Shown piece by piece: positions 1-8,698 of a stretch of 36,627 bases of DNA. Location: positions 1 to 36,627 of IMG/VR virus record IMGVR_UViG_3300045116_000675. The stretch is one strand, 5' to 3'. The translations under genes and the position numbers were made by a program. This stretch comes from a virus. Lineage: Duplodnaviria; Caudoviricetes. Position 1 is the first letter of the stretch. Every line of letters starts with the position of its first letter. The notes beneath the pieces are model-generated. The model had not been told where the DNA came from. It saw only the letters and a program-made list of their open reading frames with translations, and did no database searches.

Positions 1-120
1 GGAAATTGTCGGGACAAAACAGATATTTGGGATAATGAAAGATGGGGTAAATTTGAAAAAATGTTTAGAATGAAAATAAAAGAAGTTTTCAACGGCAAAA
101 CCAAAGGAGAAAAAACATGA
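1..120 (+). CDS. Hypothetical protein, 3' end only
   Basis: Frame 1 open from window edge (GNCRDKTDIW...GEKT*); TGA overlaps next ATG (ATGA). Confidence 0.6.
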   Translation, partial: GNCRDKTDIWDNERWGKFEKMFRMKIKEVFNGKTKGEKT

Positions 121-308
121 ACCATAATGGTGATTTACTAAAAGCATTAGAGGAACTTAGAGATAAAGGATACTTGAAGAAAACGAAAAAGGGCTGGGTT
201 GATTCCGACCGAACAAAAGAGCTTCTAAAAGAAGGGAAAAGCAGAAAAGAAATATCTAAGATTTTAGATAGAGAATATAAAAGGAACAAAAAACATGAAC
301 AAAGATAA
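117..308 (+). CDS. Small basic hypothetical protein (possible winged-helix fragment)
   Basis: SD AGGAG upstream; LEELRDKGYLKKTKKGW resembles a wHTH recognition helix and wing. Confidence 0.65.
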   Translation: MNHNGDLLKALEELRDKGYLKKTKKGWVDSDRTKELLKEGKSRKEISKILDREYKRNKKHEQR

Positions 309-663
309 AATTGAATACTACATTGTGAGAGCCAAAAAAAGAATAGCCCAAATAGTTAAAGAAAAAAACAAAGAAAGGTTGGGTGGTATAAAAAAGACAA
401 ATCAGGAAATAGTGTTGGCAGTTGCTGAGTTTAAATGTCAGAAATGCGGTCATGACAAAGAATTGCAAGTACATCATTTAATAATGCGAAAAGCTAAAAA
501 TTATATGGATTTTTGGCGTTATGCGTCGCAAAGATACTATTGGGCTAATCAGATCATACTATGCAAAAAATGCCATACCGAATATCATGGTTCAGTAGAA
601 GACGAGGATATGAAGTGTATATCTCAAGACAGAATCAACAAAATAAAGGAGAAATTTTCATGA
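295..663 (+). CDS. HNH endonuclease-family protein
   Basis: CQKCG...LQVHH...NQIILCKKCH motif (Zn-binding HNH). Confidence 0.85.
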   Translation: MNKDKIEYYIVRAKKRIAQIVKEKNKERLGGIKKTNQEIVLAVAEFKCQKCGHDKELQVHHLIMRKAKNYMDFWRYASQRYYWANQIILCKKCHTEYHGSVEDEDMKCISQDRINKIKEKFS

Positions 664-890
664 TGCACGGGACTAAAAAATTAACAGAAGTACAAAAATA
701 TGTACTCAGACAAATGGTAGAATTCAAATGTGAAGGATGTAAATTATCGGAAAAGGACGTGGGCAAATTACAACCGCACAGAATAATTAGGGGAAATGCC
801 GGTGGAAGATATATCCCGAGCAATATAAAAATGCTTTGCGAAGAGTGTCATAAAATCATGCATCAAGGCGAAAGGATGGGAAGAAAATGA
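660..890 (+). CDS. Small HNH endonuclease-family protein
   Basis: CEGC...LQPHRI...NIKMLCEECH; start moved to ATG 660, which overlaps the previous stop (ATGA). Confidence 0.8.
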   Translation: MMHGTKKLTEVQKYVLRQMVEFKCEGCKLSEKDVGKLQPHRIIRGNAGGRYIPSNIKMLCEECHKIMHQGERMGRK

Positions 891-1084
891 AACTAAAAAA
901 AGACAAAATATTTAGAAATAAGTTTGCAGATCTTAAAATAACTGTTTTGGAAAGTGGTTGGGTCATGTTAGAGCAAAAATTTGGAAAAGATAAAGACGTA
1001 ATAACGCTGGGAAATTATCCAAACGCAAGATTTGAATTAATTGAAAAAATGTTGAGGTATGTAAAAAATGAACCGAAGATTTGA
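887..1084 (+). CDS. Hypothetical protein
   Basis: 65-aa ORF, ATGA-coupled to the upstream gene. Confidence 0.65.
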   Translation: MKLKKDKIFRNKFADLKITVLESGWVMLEQKFGKDKDVITLGNYPNARFELIEKMLRYVKNEPKI

Positions 1085-1889
1085 AGATTTCTTATGGGTG
1101 GCAGCGGTATTCCTTTTGATAATGTCATTAATAGTAATCTTAAGCCATGTTGCGTCTGCTGAAACATTTACTGCTTATTTATATAAACCACTCAAGGTGG
1201 GCGATTGCTATAAGATGAAAACTGTGACCGGGATCATAGACCGGAGAACATACGAGTACACTCCAGGATGCAATCTTTCATGGATGCAACCGCAAAATAC
1301 ACCGAGCAACGGAGCAACTGGTACATTGGCCATATTCAGAAAAAAACCACTCAAGGTGGGAGAATGTTATAAGGGTAAAACTATTATCGAGGTAATTGAC
1401 AGAAAAACATATAGGTATGTCAATGGATGTAGCAACTGTCAGATTGTTATCGGAAAAGGTTTTAGAAATATTTTCATTGAGAAAAGCCAATACAAATCAG
1501 ACGATGAAATGCATGATCTTGGTAAGTGGATATACGACAAAATGAAGAACCGAGAACCATACGACGAAGTTGATTACACAGTCTACTTTGAGAAATATCC
1601 TGATGCATGTGCAATAACCCGATATAAGTCTGATGTTAAATTCATGGTAGACAAAATTCCAGGAGGATATGTTGGTTGGGGTGTGCCATACAGAAAGGGA
1701 GAAATTAGATCTGTTACGTTTGATCCAGGAGCGCATTGGTGGAAACATGAATTTTTGTTATTTCATGAGTTAGGTCACGCATACGGGTTAGGTCACGATC
1801 CCAATAAGACCATTATGAATCGCGCGCATGTTTCAGACGAGTATGCTCAATGGCAAATCGATTTTATCAGGAACCAGATCAATGACTGA
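1068..1889 (+). CDS. Secreted or membrane-anchored zinc metallopeptidase (metzincin/matrixin-like)
   Basis: N-terminal hydrophobic signal ending ASA; HELGHAYGLGH zinc motif followed by Met-turn (IMN); two Cys-containing N-terminal repeats. Confidence 0.85.
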   Translation: MNRRFEDFLWVAAVFLLIMSLIVILSHVASAETFTAYLYKPLKVGDCYKMKTVTGIIDRRTYEYTPGCNLSWMQPQNTPSNGATGTLAIFRKKPLKVGECYKGKTIIEVIDRKTYRYVNGCSNCQIVIGKGFRNIFIEKSQYKSDDEMHDLGKWIYDKMKNREPYDEVDYTVYFEKYPDACAITRYKSDVKFMVDKIPGGYVGWGVPYRKGEIRSVTFDPGAHWWKHEFLLFHELGHAYGLGHDPNKTIMNRAHVSDEYAQWQIDFIRNQIND

Positions 1890-2160
1890 AATCAAAATAA
1901 ACGGAGTGAAAATAGAAAAAGAAATTGAAATTTTTAAGATAGTTGTAAACGATAAAAATTATATATTAGTAAGAAAGAAACTTGAATCTGAGCAAAACAA
2001 GATCATCAAATATCTGAAAGAATTAAGGGAGCTGGGAATAATAAAAAGTATCAAAAAACCCAAAAACAAGAGAATAAAGGATCAATTAAACAGACTAATC
2101 AACACAAAAAAAGAAATAAAGAAATCAATCAATCAAATAAAACAAGTTTTCTATAAGTAG
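1882..2160 (+). CDS. Lys-rich hypothetical protein
   Basis: ORF from ATG 1882 (MTEIKING...), overlapping the previous stop. Confidence 0.65.
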   Translation: MTEIKINGVKIEKEIEIFKIVVNDKNYILVRKKLESEQNKIIKYLKELRELGIIKSIKKPKNKRIKDQLNRLINTKKEIKKSINQIKQVFYK

Positions 2161-2165
2161 ATAAA

Positions 2166-2191
2166 TTTAAATATATAACAGGTTACTTAAT
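2166..2191 (+). promoter_or_regulatory. TATA-type promoter overlapping an AATATATAA-N4-YTACTTAAT motif
   Basis: TTTAAATATATAA 26-38 nt before ATG 2204; the same motif recurs at 21667 and 27592. Confidence 0.55.
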
Positions 2192-2203
2192 ATAAAAGAG
2201 ACG

Positions 2204-2419
2204 ATGCAATACAAAATAAGAATTCTAAATGCGAACGGCAGGGACAAAAACTTTTCTCTAACAATACCCAAGGAAATAGTAAAACTCATTGGAAGCGAGA
2301 CAATGTTCTTTGTCGAATACAACGCGGTTTATAAGAAGATAGTTTTTAGTTCTGGAACGAGTATTTTTCCAACGGAAGAACAAATTAAACGATTTGATAT
2401 GGAGAGGTTAAAAATATGA
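2204..2419 (+). CDS. AbrB/SpoVT-like swapped-hairpin DNA-binding protein
   Basis: FSLTIPKEIVKLIG motif, 71 aa. Confidence 0.65.
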   Translation: MQYKIRILNANGRDKNFSLTIPKEIVKLIGSETMFFVEYNAVYKKIVFSSGTSIFPTEEQIKRFDMERLKI

Positions 2420-2964
2420 GAACCGCATGGAACAAGGGAGTAAAGGGATGGACAGAGGGGACTAAGGCAGGATTTCAAAAAGGACATGGAATATTCAAGG
2501 GCACAGAAGAAACCCAATTTAAAAAGGGCCAAATTCCATGGAACAAAGGAATAAGGTATATCCAAATCGAAGGAGATAAAAATCCAGCAAAAAGACCAGA
2601 AGTAAGAAAGAAGATAATTGAGAAAAAAACAGGAATGATGTACCCGTCAATTAGAGGGCATAAACACTTTAATTGGAAAGGCGGAAAATCATTTGAAAAT
2701 TATCCCAGAGAATTTTTTGATATTCAAAGAAAAATTATTATTAGAGACGAATATAAATGCAAATTATGTGGTCAAATTATTTTTACACAAACAAAGAGAC
2801 TATTCATTTCAGTTCATCATATAGACTACAACAAATTAAATAACAAACCAGATAATCTGGTTGCTCTGTGTAATATCTGCAATAGTGCAGTAAATTACGA
2901 CCGAAATAAATGGCAGAGGTTTTTTAAGGAGGTGATTAAAAATGAGAATAGCAATCTTGAGTGA
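2416..2964 (+). CDS. Free-standing HNH homing endonuclease with NUMOD-like N-terminal repeats
   Basis: AWNKG/FQKG/FKKG/PWNKG repeats, NWKGG, CKLC...VHHIDYNKLNN...NLVALCNICN. Confidence 0.85.
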   Translation: MRTAWNKGVKGWTEGTKAGFQKGHGIFKGTEETQFKKGQIPWNKGIRYIQIEGDKNPAKRPEVRKKIIEKKTGMMYPSIRGHKHFNWKGGKSFENYPREFFDIQRKIIIRDEYKCKLCGQIIFTQTKRLFISVHHIDYNKLNNKPDNLVALCNICNSAVNYDRNKWQRFFKEVIKNENSNLE

Positions 2965-4174
2965 TTCGCCATTCTTTCCGTAACCAACCGGATATAGTAA
3001 TCAAGCAAAACTTTTAAGTAAATATCTTTCAGATAAAGGACACGAAATACACTTTTTTGCGAATGGTTATATGGGCGCGACAATCAAAAATGCAGAACTC
3101 GAAGATGGTACGAAGTTTGCTTATAAGATTTATGGACAAGGAAAGCAGCAATATTTTCAAGATACAATGAGCGAACTTCTAAAAAAGATTGGAGCCGAAA
3201 GATTTGTCATATTACTTGATACGTTTATGTTATTCGGAAATGATGGGTGGTTTCTCAAAGTAGACACAAGCCCGGCTAAGACGTTTTTTTGGTACCCTTC
3301 AGATGGAGGTGCCGGAATGCCAATCAGATGTGAAATGATATTAAAAAAAGTAGATGTGCCGGTCGCAATGGCCAAATTTGGTCAAAAGCAAGTATTCGAT
3401 TATTACGGGATGAAAACTGAATATATCCCCCATGGCACAGAACCAAACAGATTTTATAGATTATCTGATCAAGAAAGAGAGATCTTAAGATCAAAGTGGG
3501 GACTTAACAACAAATTTGTTATTGGAGTAGTAGCCAGAAATCAAGGCAGAAAAATGATGGATCGTACTCTTAAAACAATGTTTTTACTTAAGGACAAAAT
3601 ACCTGAAGCAGTATTATTACTTCACATGGACGTTACTGATCCAGCGCAAGCGTGGGACATCAGAAGTTTAATCCAAAGATACAATTTAGAAAACAGAGTT
3701 AAGTTTACCGGGATGACGGCACTTAAGGGTTTTGATTGGAACCAAATGAACGAAATTTATAATCTCATGGATGTATTTTTCTTAAGCACAAGTGGAGAGG
3801 GATTCGGTATACCAATTATTGAATCAATGGCCTGTGAGGTGCCGGTTGTAGCAACCGATTACACAACCACTCCTGAATTGGTAATTGCAAATAAGACCGG
3901 ATTCGGTGCAAAACTGGCCGGGACTGATAGTGTTGATATGTTTTCAATGCACTCTAAAATATATGATGATACTATGATTAACGGGACACTAACCGGGAGC
4001 TGGGAAGTTGAAAGAGGATTAATTGATTGTAAAGATGCGGCAGATAAAATTATATCCTTATATAAGGATTCAGAATTAAGAAAGGAATTCGGAAAGAATG
4101 GAAGAAAGGCCGTGTTAAAAGAATACGATTTTGAAAATGTTGTTGGGCCAGCATGGGAGAAAATCTTGCAATGA
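2942..4174 (+). CDS. GT4 (GT-B) glycosyltransferase; natural start 2942 is followed by an in-frame TAA at 2981-2983 (intact ORF from 3071)
   Basis: SD AGGAGGTGAT then MRIAILSDSPFFP*PTGYSNQ in frame with 3071..4174; GEGFGIPIIESMACEVPVV GT4 motif. Confidence 0.85.
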
Positions 4175-4782
4175 ACGATGAAAAATGGAGAAACTTGATA
4201 AATGAATTAACTCTCGGCATAGAGGAAGAACATACGACCTATGATTTTTCATATAACCATGTTAAACAAAACTTATTAAACAATCCTGAAAGTAACCACC
4301 TTGGGATAACACTTAACTTTTTTAAAAAAAGACAAATAGACAACGAATCAAAAGTATTCTTGGATGTAGGTTGCGAGTATGATATTCTAAAAGAATTTAT
4401 AAAAGCCAAATGGATTGGATGTGATATAGTAAAAACACAAAAAACAGATTATGCGGACGCACATGAATTACCATACAAGGATGAAGAATTTGATATTGTG
4501 TTCTGTAGTCATACGTTAGAACACTGTATTTCGCCGGCAATTGTTTTATATGAAATGAGGAGAGTTCTAAAGATTGATGGTGACGTTATAATAGGCGTGC
4601 CACACTGGCCGGAATTTATCTGTAATGAGCATACGTACTTACTAACGCACGGCGGTTGGAAACATTTATTTGAAAGAATAGGTTTTAAGGTGATAGATGA
4701 ACAAGATGGCCCGTTCGGATGCTCTGCGTATCATTTAAAAAAGATTCCCGGAGTTATAAATTATAAAAAATGGTCTAAATAG
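4171..4782 (+). CDS. Class I SAM-dependent methyltransferase
   Basis: FLDVGC motif I; DAHELPYKDEEFDIVFCSHTLEH; start at ATGA overlap 4171. Confidence 0.85.
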   Translation: MNDEKWRNLINELTLGIEEEHTTYDFSYNHVKQNLLNNPESNHLGITLNFFKKRQIDNESKVFLDVGCEYDILKEFIKAKWIGCDIVKTQKTDYADAHELPYKDEEFDIVFCSHTLEHCISPAIVLYEMRRVLKIDGDVIIGVPHWPEFICNEHTYLLTHGGWKHLFERIGFKVIDEQDGPFGCSAYHLKKIPGVINYKKWSK

Positions 4783-4784
4783 TA

Positions 4785-4798
4785 GAAAGGTATATAAA
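4785..4798 (+). promoter_or_regulatory. BRE/TATA promoter, leaderless transcript
   Basis: GAAAGG-TATATAAA with the TATA 29 nt before ATG 4820; no SD. Confidence 0.6.
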
Positions 4799-4819
4799 CC
4801 TAAATTAATTAAATTATAT

Positions 4820-6073
4820 ATGGAAAAGAGGTTAATTGTTTGTATTATGGGGCAAAATTGCCAGAAGTTTCTTCCAATGTGTCTTGAATCTGTAAAAGAG
4901 GCTGATTCGATAGTATTTTGCGATGGTGGGACTGAAATGGAAGAATTATTTTTTGATTTATGCGAAAAATTTGGATTTGATGGAAAGTATATAAAAAATA
5001 AATTTGATCAAGATGATAAAGGAATGAATGGAAAACAAAGAAATTTTTATTTAAATTATCTAAAAGAAAATTATCCAAATGATTGGGCCTTATGTTTAGA
5101 TGCGGATGAAGTTGTTGAGGATTTAGGTATGATAAAGGAGTGGATAAATCATTCAGAAGTTGCCGACGGGGTTTACAGTGTAAAAATGCGTCATTTTCAA
5201 CAAGACCTTGGTCACGAAGACGCAACTACTGAAAAACATTATGTACCTCACAGACTTTTTAAAATTTCAGAATCTGTAAGGTATCCAGAAGTTGAGCATT
5301 CGGTTTTAATACCCAAATCTTTCGCGGGCGCGACCGATGTAACAACAATTTGGCACCTCGCGTATATTCCAAATCTTTGGGATATTAAAAAACGCTATGA
5401 TAATCACTTAAAAAAATCAAATATACATACTCCAGAATTTCTAAAGTGGTGGTATTTCGCTCATTTATTTGGAACGTATCCTAAAAAACAAATAAACATA
5501 AAAGATATTCCTCCGGTAATTTTAAAAGAGTTTGGAATAGATCCAGACGAGATTTATTTTGCGGATCGAAATATTGAGATAAAACATCCCGTTATGGTAA
5601 AACAATGGTATGATTATTTTGAACCTCGCTGTGTTTTGGATTTGGGTTGTGGAAGAGGACCATATATGTATTTTTGGCGTTGGTTTTTACCAAATAAAAA
5701 TGATGTAAAGGGAATAGAAAAAAGTAGGTGGGCGGTAGACCACGCGCTCATAAGCGGAATAATTTGTGGAGACGTGTCTGATCCAGAAATGTATAATGAA
5801 AATTGGGATTTAATAACTTGTATTGATATACTCGAACATCTTGAAGATTCAACTTTGCTTTTTACATTAAAGTTAATAGCGCCAATGTCAAAGAATTTTT
5901 TATTTAGCATCCCATTTGTAGGCGATCCAAATCTTTTAGCAGACAAAACACATAAACAATTTAAAACAAAAGAAGAATGGATTAAACTGATCGAATCGTA
6001 CGGAATAAAAATTAAGGAAACACCCAAAGATTGGTTGTTTGCAAATCAAATCCTAATAGGAGAAAAAACATGA
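4820..6073 (+). CDS. GT2-like glycosyltransferase fused to a C-terminal SAM methyltransferase
   Basis: N-terminal GT-A (VFCDGG, LCLDADE); C-terminal VLDLGCGRG, CIDILEHL. Confidence 0.85.
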   Translation: MEKRLIVCIMGQNCQKFLPMCLESVKEADSIVFCDGGTEMEELFFDLCEKFGFDGKYIKNKFDQDDKGMNGKQRNFYLNYLKENYPNDWALCLDADEVVEDLGMIKEWINHSEVADGVYSVKMRHFQQDLGHEDATTEKHYVPHRLFKISESVRYPEVEHSVLIPKSFAGATDVTTIWHLAYIPNLWDIKKRYDNHLKKSNIHTPEFLKWWYFAHLFGTYPKKQINIKDIPPVILKEFGIDPDEIYFADRNIEIKHPVMVKQWYDYFEPRCVLDLGCGRGPYMYFWRWFLPNKNDVKGIEKSRWAVDHALISGIICGDVSDPEMYNENWDLITCIDILEHLEDSTLLFTLKLIAPMSKNFLFSIPFVGDPNLLADKTHKQFKTKEEWIKLIESYGIKIKETPKDWLFANQILIGEKT

Positions 6074-6192
6074 CTTTTAATAATAATGAATGGACTTTTA
6101 TTTTAGATTCCAATCCTTGGCTTGTTTGGATGGCAATTATTGTTATGATTGTTAGTATAATTTTGGGGGTAATTACATTAATTTTAATTTGA
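6070..6192 (+). CDS. 40-aa single-pass membrane protein
   Basis: Own translation MTFNNNEWTFILDSNPWLVWMAIIVMIVSIILGVITLILI*; SD AGGAG; ATGA overlap. Confidence 0.6.
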   Translation: MTFNNNEWTFILDSNPWLVWMAIIVMIVSIILGVITLILI

Positions 6193-6198
6193 AAAAAC

Positions 6199-6372
6199 AT
6201 GAATTTAATTTTAAAGATTTGGCTATGGAAAGGAGATAAAGATACAAAATTTAAAAGATTAAATGATTATGCAAACTGGACGAGCAAATATTGTAGATTT
6301 TTGTATAAAGACTATTGTAAAAATTTACCAAACATAATTAAACAAATAAAAGGACAAAAACATGAAAGTTAA
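6199..6372 (+). CDS. 57-aa hypothetical protein
   Basis: Own translation MNLILKIWLWKGDK...HES*; fills the operon gap. Confidence 0.5.
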   Translation: MNLILKIWLWKGDKDTKFKRLNDYANWTSKYCRFLYKDYCKNLPNIIKQIKGQKHES

Positions 6373-6523
6373 GTATGGAATGTATGAAATTGAAAGGAAT
6401 GTTTGTTATATAAAATGGTTTATTATAAGAGAAAATAAATGGGATGATGAGAATAAAGAATTATTAAGGCAGGAAATTTCTAAAGATTTTCAAGAACAAT
6501 TTGGAGGACATCAAGTTTACTAA
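6362..6523 (+). CDS. 53-aa hypothetical protein
   Basis: Own translation MKVKYGMYEIERN...HQVY*; stop overlaps the next ATG (TAATG). Confidence 0.5.
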   Translation: MKVKYGMYEIERNVCYIKWFIIRENKWDDENKELLRQEISKDFQEQFGGHQVY

Positions 6524-6960
6524 TGGAACGTAAATGGATACCAACAACTTCTGAAATTATTGATAGGTTATCAATAGTTACACTTAAAAGTATAATCCTT
6601 GGGTGTAACAATCCAGAAAAAAAGAAAGCGTACGAAGAAGAAGCAAGTTTAATCATGAGCGACCTAACAGAAATTATGAAGAAAGAGTCTAAAAAAATAA
6701 AAGACTGGGGAGTTTTTATTAGAGCAATACAATTAGACATGCTGGCGAATCGTTTAGTCTGGGAAAATGAAACCCTCGCAAGAGCCGGAGGAAGATCACA
6801 AGATCACTTATTGCCGTTTACGCACTCTGTTAATAGTATTAGAATGCGCGCAGGGAATTTTATTTCAGCGCAATTACAAGAAAGAAAAGATTTAAACTTA
6901 GATAGGTGTGTTGATATGATATGTAAGGAAAGGGGGTTTGATTTTTCTCAAGTACCATGA
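6523..6960 (+). CDS. Helical hypothetical protein within the glycan cluster
   Basis: 145-aa ORF, SD GGAGG, EIIDRLSIVTLK...VWENE. Confidence 0.7.
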   Translation: MERKWIPTTSEIIDRLSIVTLKSIILGCNNPEKKKAYEEEASLIMSDLTEIMKKESKKIKDWGVFIRAIQLDMLANRLVWENETLARAGGRSQDHLLPFTHSVNSIRMRAGNFISAQLQERKDLNLDRCVDMICKERGFDFSQVP

Positions 6961-7631
6961 ACAAAGAAGAATTAATCGCATTTGAAAAACAAGTTGCTGA
7001 TTTATTCAATGATGGAAAAATAAGAAGTCCGGTTCATTTGAGCGGTGGAAATGAAAAAAGTTTGATCAGATTATTTGAAAGAATTAAACCAGACGATTGG
7101 ATTTTTACAACATACAGAAGTCACTATCATGCGCTACTAAAGGGAGTGGATAAAGATTGGTTAATTGATTGGATAAAACAAAATAAATCAATTCATCTAA
7201 TGAACAAAGAACATAAAATCGTTAGCTCTGCGATAGTTGGAGGAACATTAAGTCAGGCCGTAGGAGCAGCGTTAGCAATAAAATTAAAATATAACCCCAT
7301 TTTAAATGAATTAAAAAAATTAGGAGAACAAGGAAGAGAGACCGCAAGTTATTTAGAAAAACCACATGTATGGTGCTTTTGTGGAGACATGACTGCGAGT
7401 TTAGGAATATTCAAGGATTGTTTAAAATACTCTTATTTCAATGAGTTACCAATTCATTTTATTGTAGAAGACAATGGATTAAGTACAGACACACCAACCA
7501 AAGAAGCATGGGGATGTAAAATATCAGACTGGCATCTTGGGGATATAAAGGGATTTCCGCAAGTTAAAATTATAAAATATCAAAGAACATGGCCCCACTA
7601 TGGTGCAGGAAAAATGGTGAATTTCACATGA
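6957..7631 (+). CDS. TPP-dependent dehydrogenase E1 alpha-like subunit
   Basis: HLSGGNE, YRSHYH, SAIVGG, GD...EDN TPP-binding motif. Confidence 0.88.
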   Translation: MNKEELIAFEKQVADLFNDGKIRSPVHLSGGNEKSLIRLFERIKPDDWIFTTYRSHYHALLKGVDKDWLIDWIKQNKSIHLMNKEHKIVSSAIVGGTLSQAVGAALAIKLKYNPILNELKKLGEQGRETASYLEKPHVWCFCGDMTASLGIFKDCLKYSYFNELPIHFIVEDNGLSTDTPTKEAWGCKISDWHLGDIKGFPQVKIIKYQRTWPHYGAGKMVNFT

Positions 7632-8206
7632 AGTATTTAGAGGAATTAAACAAATCAATGCAATGGCTCGCCGAACAAGAATGTTATTTTATTGGACAAT
7701 CTACAAGATATCCAGGAACAGGTTTGTATTGGACAATTAAAGATATACCAGAAAGACAAAGAATAGAATTGCCGGTGCAGGAAGATATGCAGATGGGCAT
7801 GTCAATCGGGATGGCACTTGAAGGATTAAATGTAGTGAGCATTTATCCGAGAATGGATTTTCTTATCTTAGCATTAAATCAATTGGTAAATCATCTTGAT
7901 AAAATTGAGGAAATGTCAGATGGTCAATTTAAACCGAGAGTAATAATCAGAACCGCAATCGGGTCTGTTAAACCACTATTCCCGGGACCGCAACATAACC
8001 AGGACATTTCAGAGGCATTAAAGTTAATGTGCAAGAATATAAACATTGTAAAATTAGATGATCCAACAAAAGTATTCGAAGAATATAAGAAAGCTTTTTA
8101 TAATGAAAAGTCTACAATATTAATAGAGATTCCGGACTTATACAGCCAGGAATTAAGATCAGACAAAACATTTCAGGAGGCAAAAAATGAACGGAGTAGT
8201 AATTAA
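7628..8206 (+). CDS. TPP-dependent dehydrogenase E1 beta / transketolase pyrimidine-binding subunit
   Basis: IELPVQEDMQMGMSIGMALEG, GPQH; start at ATGA overlap 7628. Confidence 0.85.
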   Translation: MKYLEELNKSMQWLAEQECYFIGQSTRYPGTGLYWTIKDIPERQRIELPVQEDMQMGMSIGMALEGLNVVSIYPRMDFLILALNQLVNHLDKIEEMSDGQFKPRVIIRTAIGSVKPLFPGPQHNQDISEALKLMCKNINIVKLDDPTKVFEEYKKAFYNEKSTILIEIPDLYSQELRSDKTFQEAKNERSSN

Positions 8207-8561
8207 AAAAGCTCAAATAATCTCAGAGGATGATCGAAGGAGAATATTTTCAATTCTAAATGGTCAACTTTCAGTCAAAGACATTCATCTTTTAGAGATG
8301 AAAAAAGGAGACCAAATTTTAGGGAATCATAAACATTGGTACGCGGAAGTATGTTTTGTTTACAAAGGAAAGTGTCATTATTGGCTTAAGAACAAGGAAG
8401 GAGAAACTCTTGAAGTTGATATGGATGCAGGAGATATAATGTTTAGGGCCCCCGAGGTAACACATACTTGTTTATGTTCTGAAGATTGTGTATTAATAGA
8501 TGGCGCACAGGAACCGTGGGTACATGAAGAATGGAATCATGTTAGAGAGGTTTTAAAATGA
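8187..8561 (+). CDS. Cupin-fold protein (probable NDP-sugar isomerase/epimerase)
   Basis: GNHKHWYAE...G motif 1 and GD....PEVTH motif 2; sugar-cluster context. Confidence 0.75.
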   Translation: MNGVVIKKAQIISEDDRRRIFSILNGQLSVKDIHLLEMKKGDQILGNHKHWYAEVCFVYKGKCHYWLKNKEGETLEVDMDAGDIMFRAPEVTHTCLCSEDCVLIDGAQEPWVHEEWNHVREVLK

Positions 8562-8698
8562 TCACAATAAAAATGTACGAGGGGAAATGGGTCGTCGAAA
8601 TAACAGGAGAATTATGGCGTTTTGATGATTTAAACGAGTTGCAAAAAAATTTAAAAGAAATACTGGAATTAAAAGATAAATTCGGGAGAATCAAATGA
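8558..8698 (+). CDS. 46-aa hypothetical protein
   Basis: Own translation MITIKMYEGKWVVE...GRIK*; ATGA overlaps at both ends; SD GAGG. Confidence 0.6.
   Translation: MITIKMYEGKWVVEITGELWRFDDLNELQKNLKEILELKDKFGRIK

Noticed and set aside
2981-2983. Genome-wide stop-codon reassignment
   Set aside because: TAA, TGA and TAG all terminate well-defined genes elsewhere; only this one internal stop was seen
5980-5998. Possible self-target of array unit 5 under an NN-skip-1 reading (AAa CTg ATc GAa TCg)
   Set aside because: Only about 5 consecutive dinucleotides match and the rest do not; expected by chance. By-eye spot checks found no full self-target, but they were not exhaustive
6957-8206. Pyruvate dehydrogenase auxiliary metabolic genes
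   Set aside because: No E2/E3, truncated subunits and NDP-sugar operon context favour sugar branching
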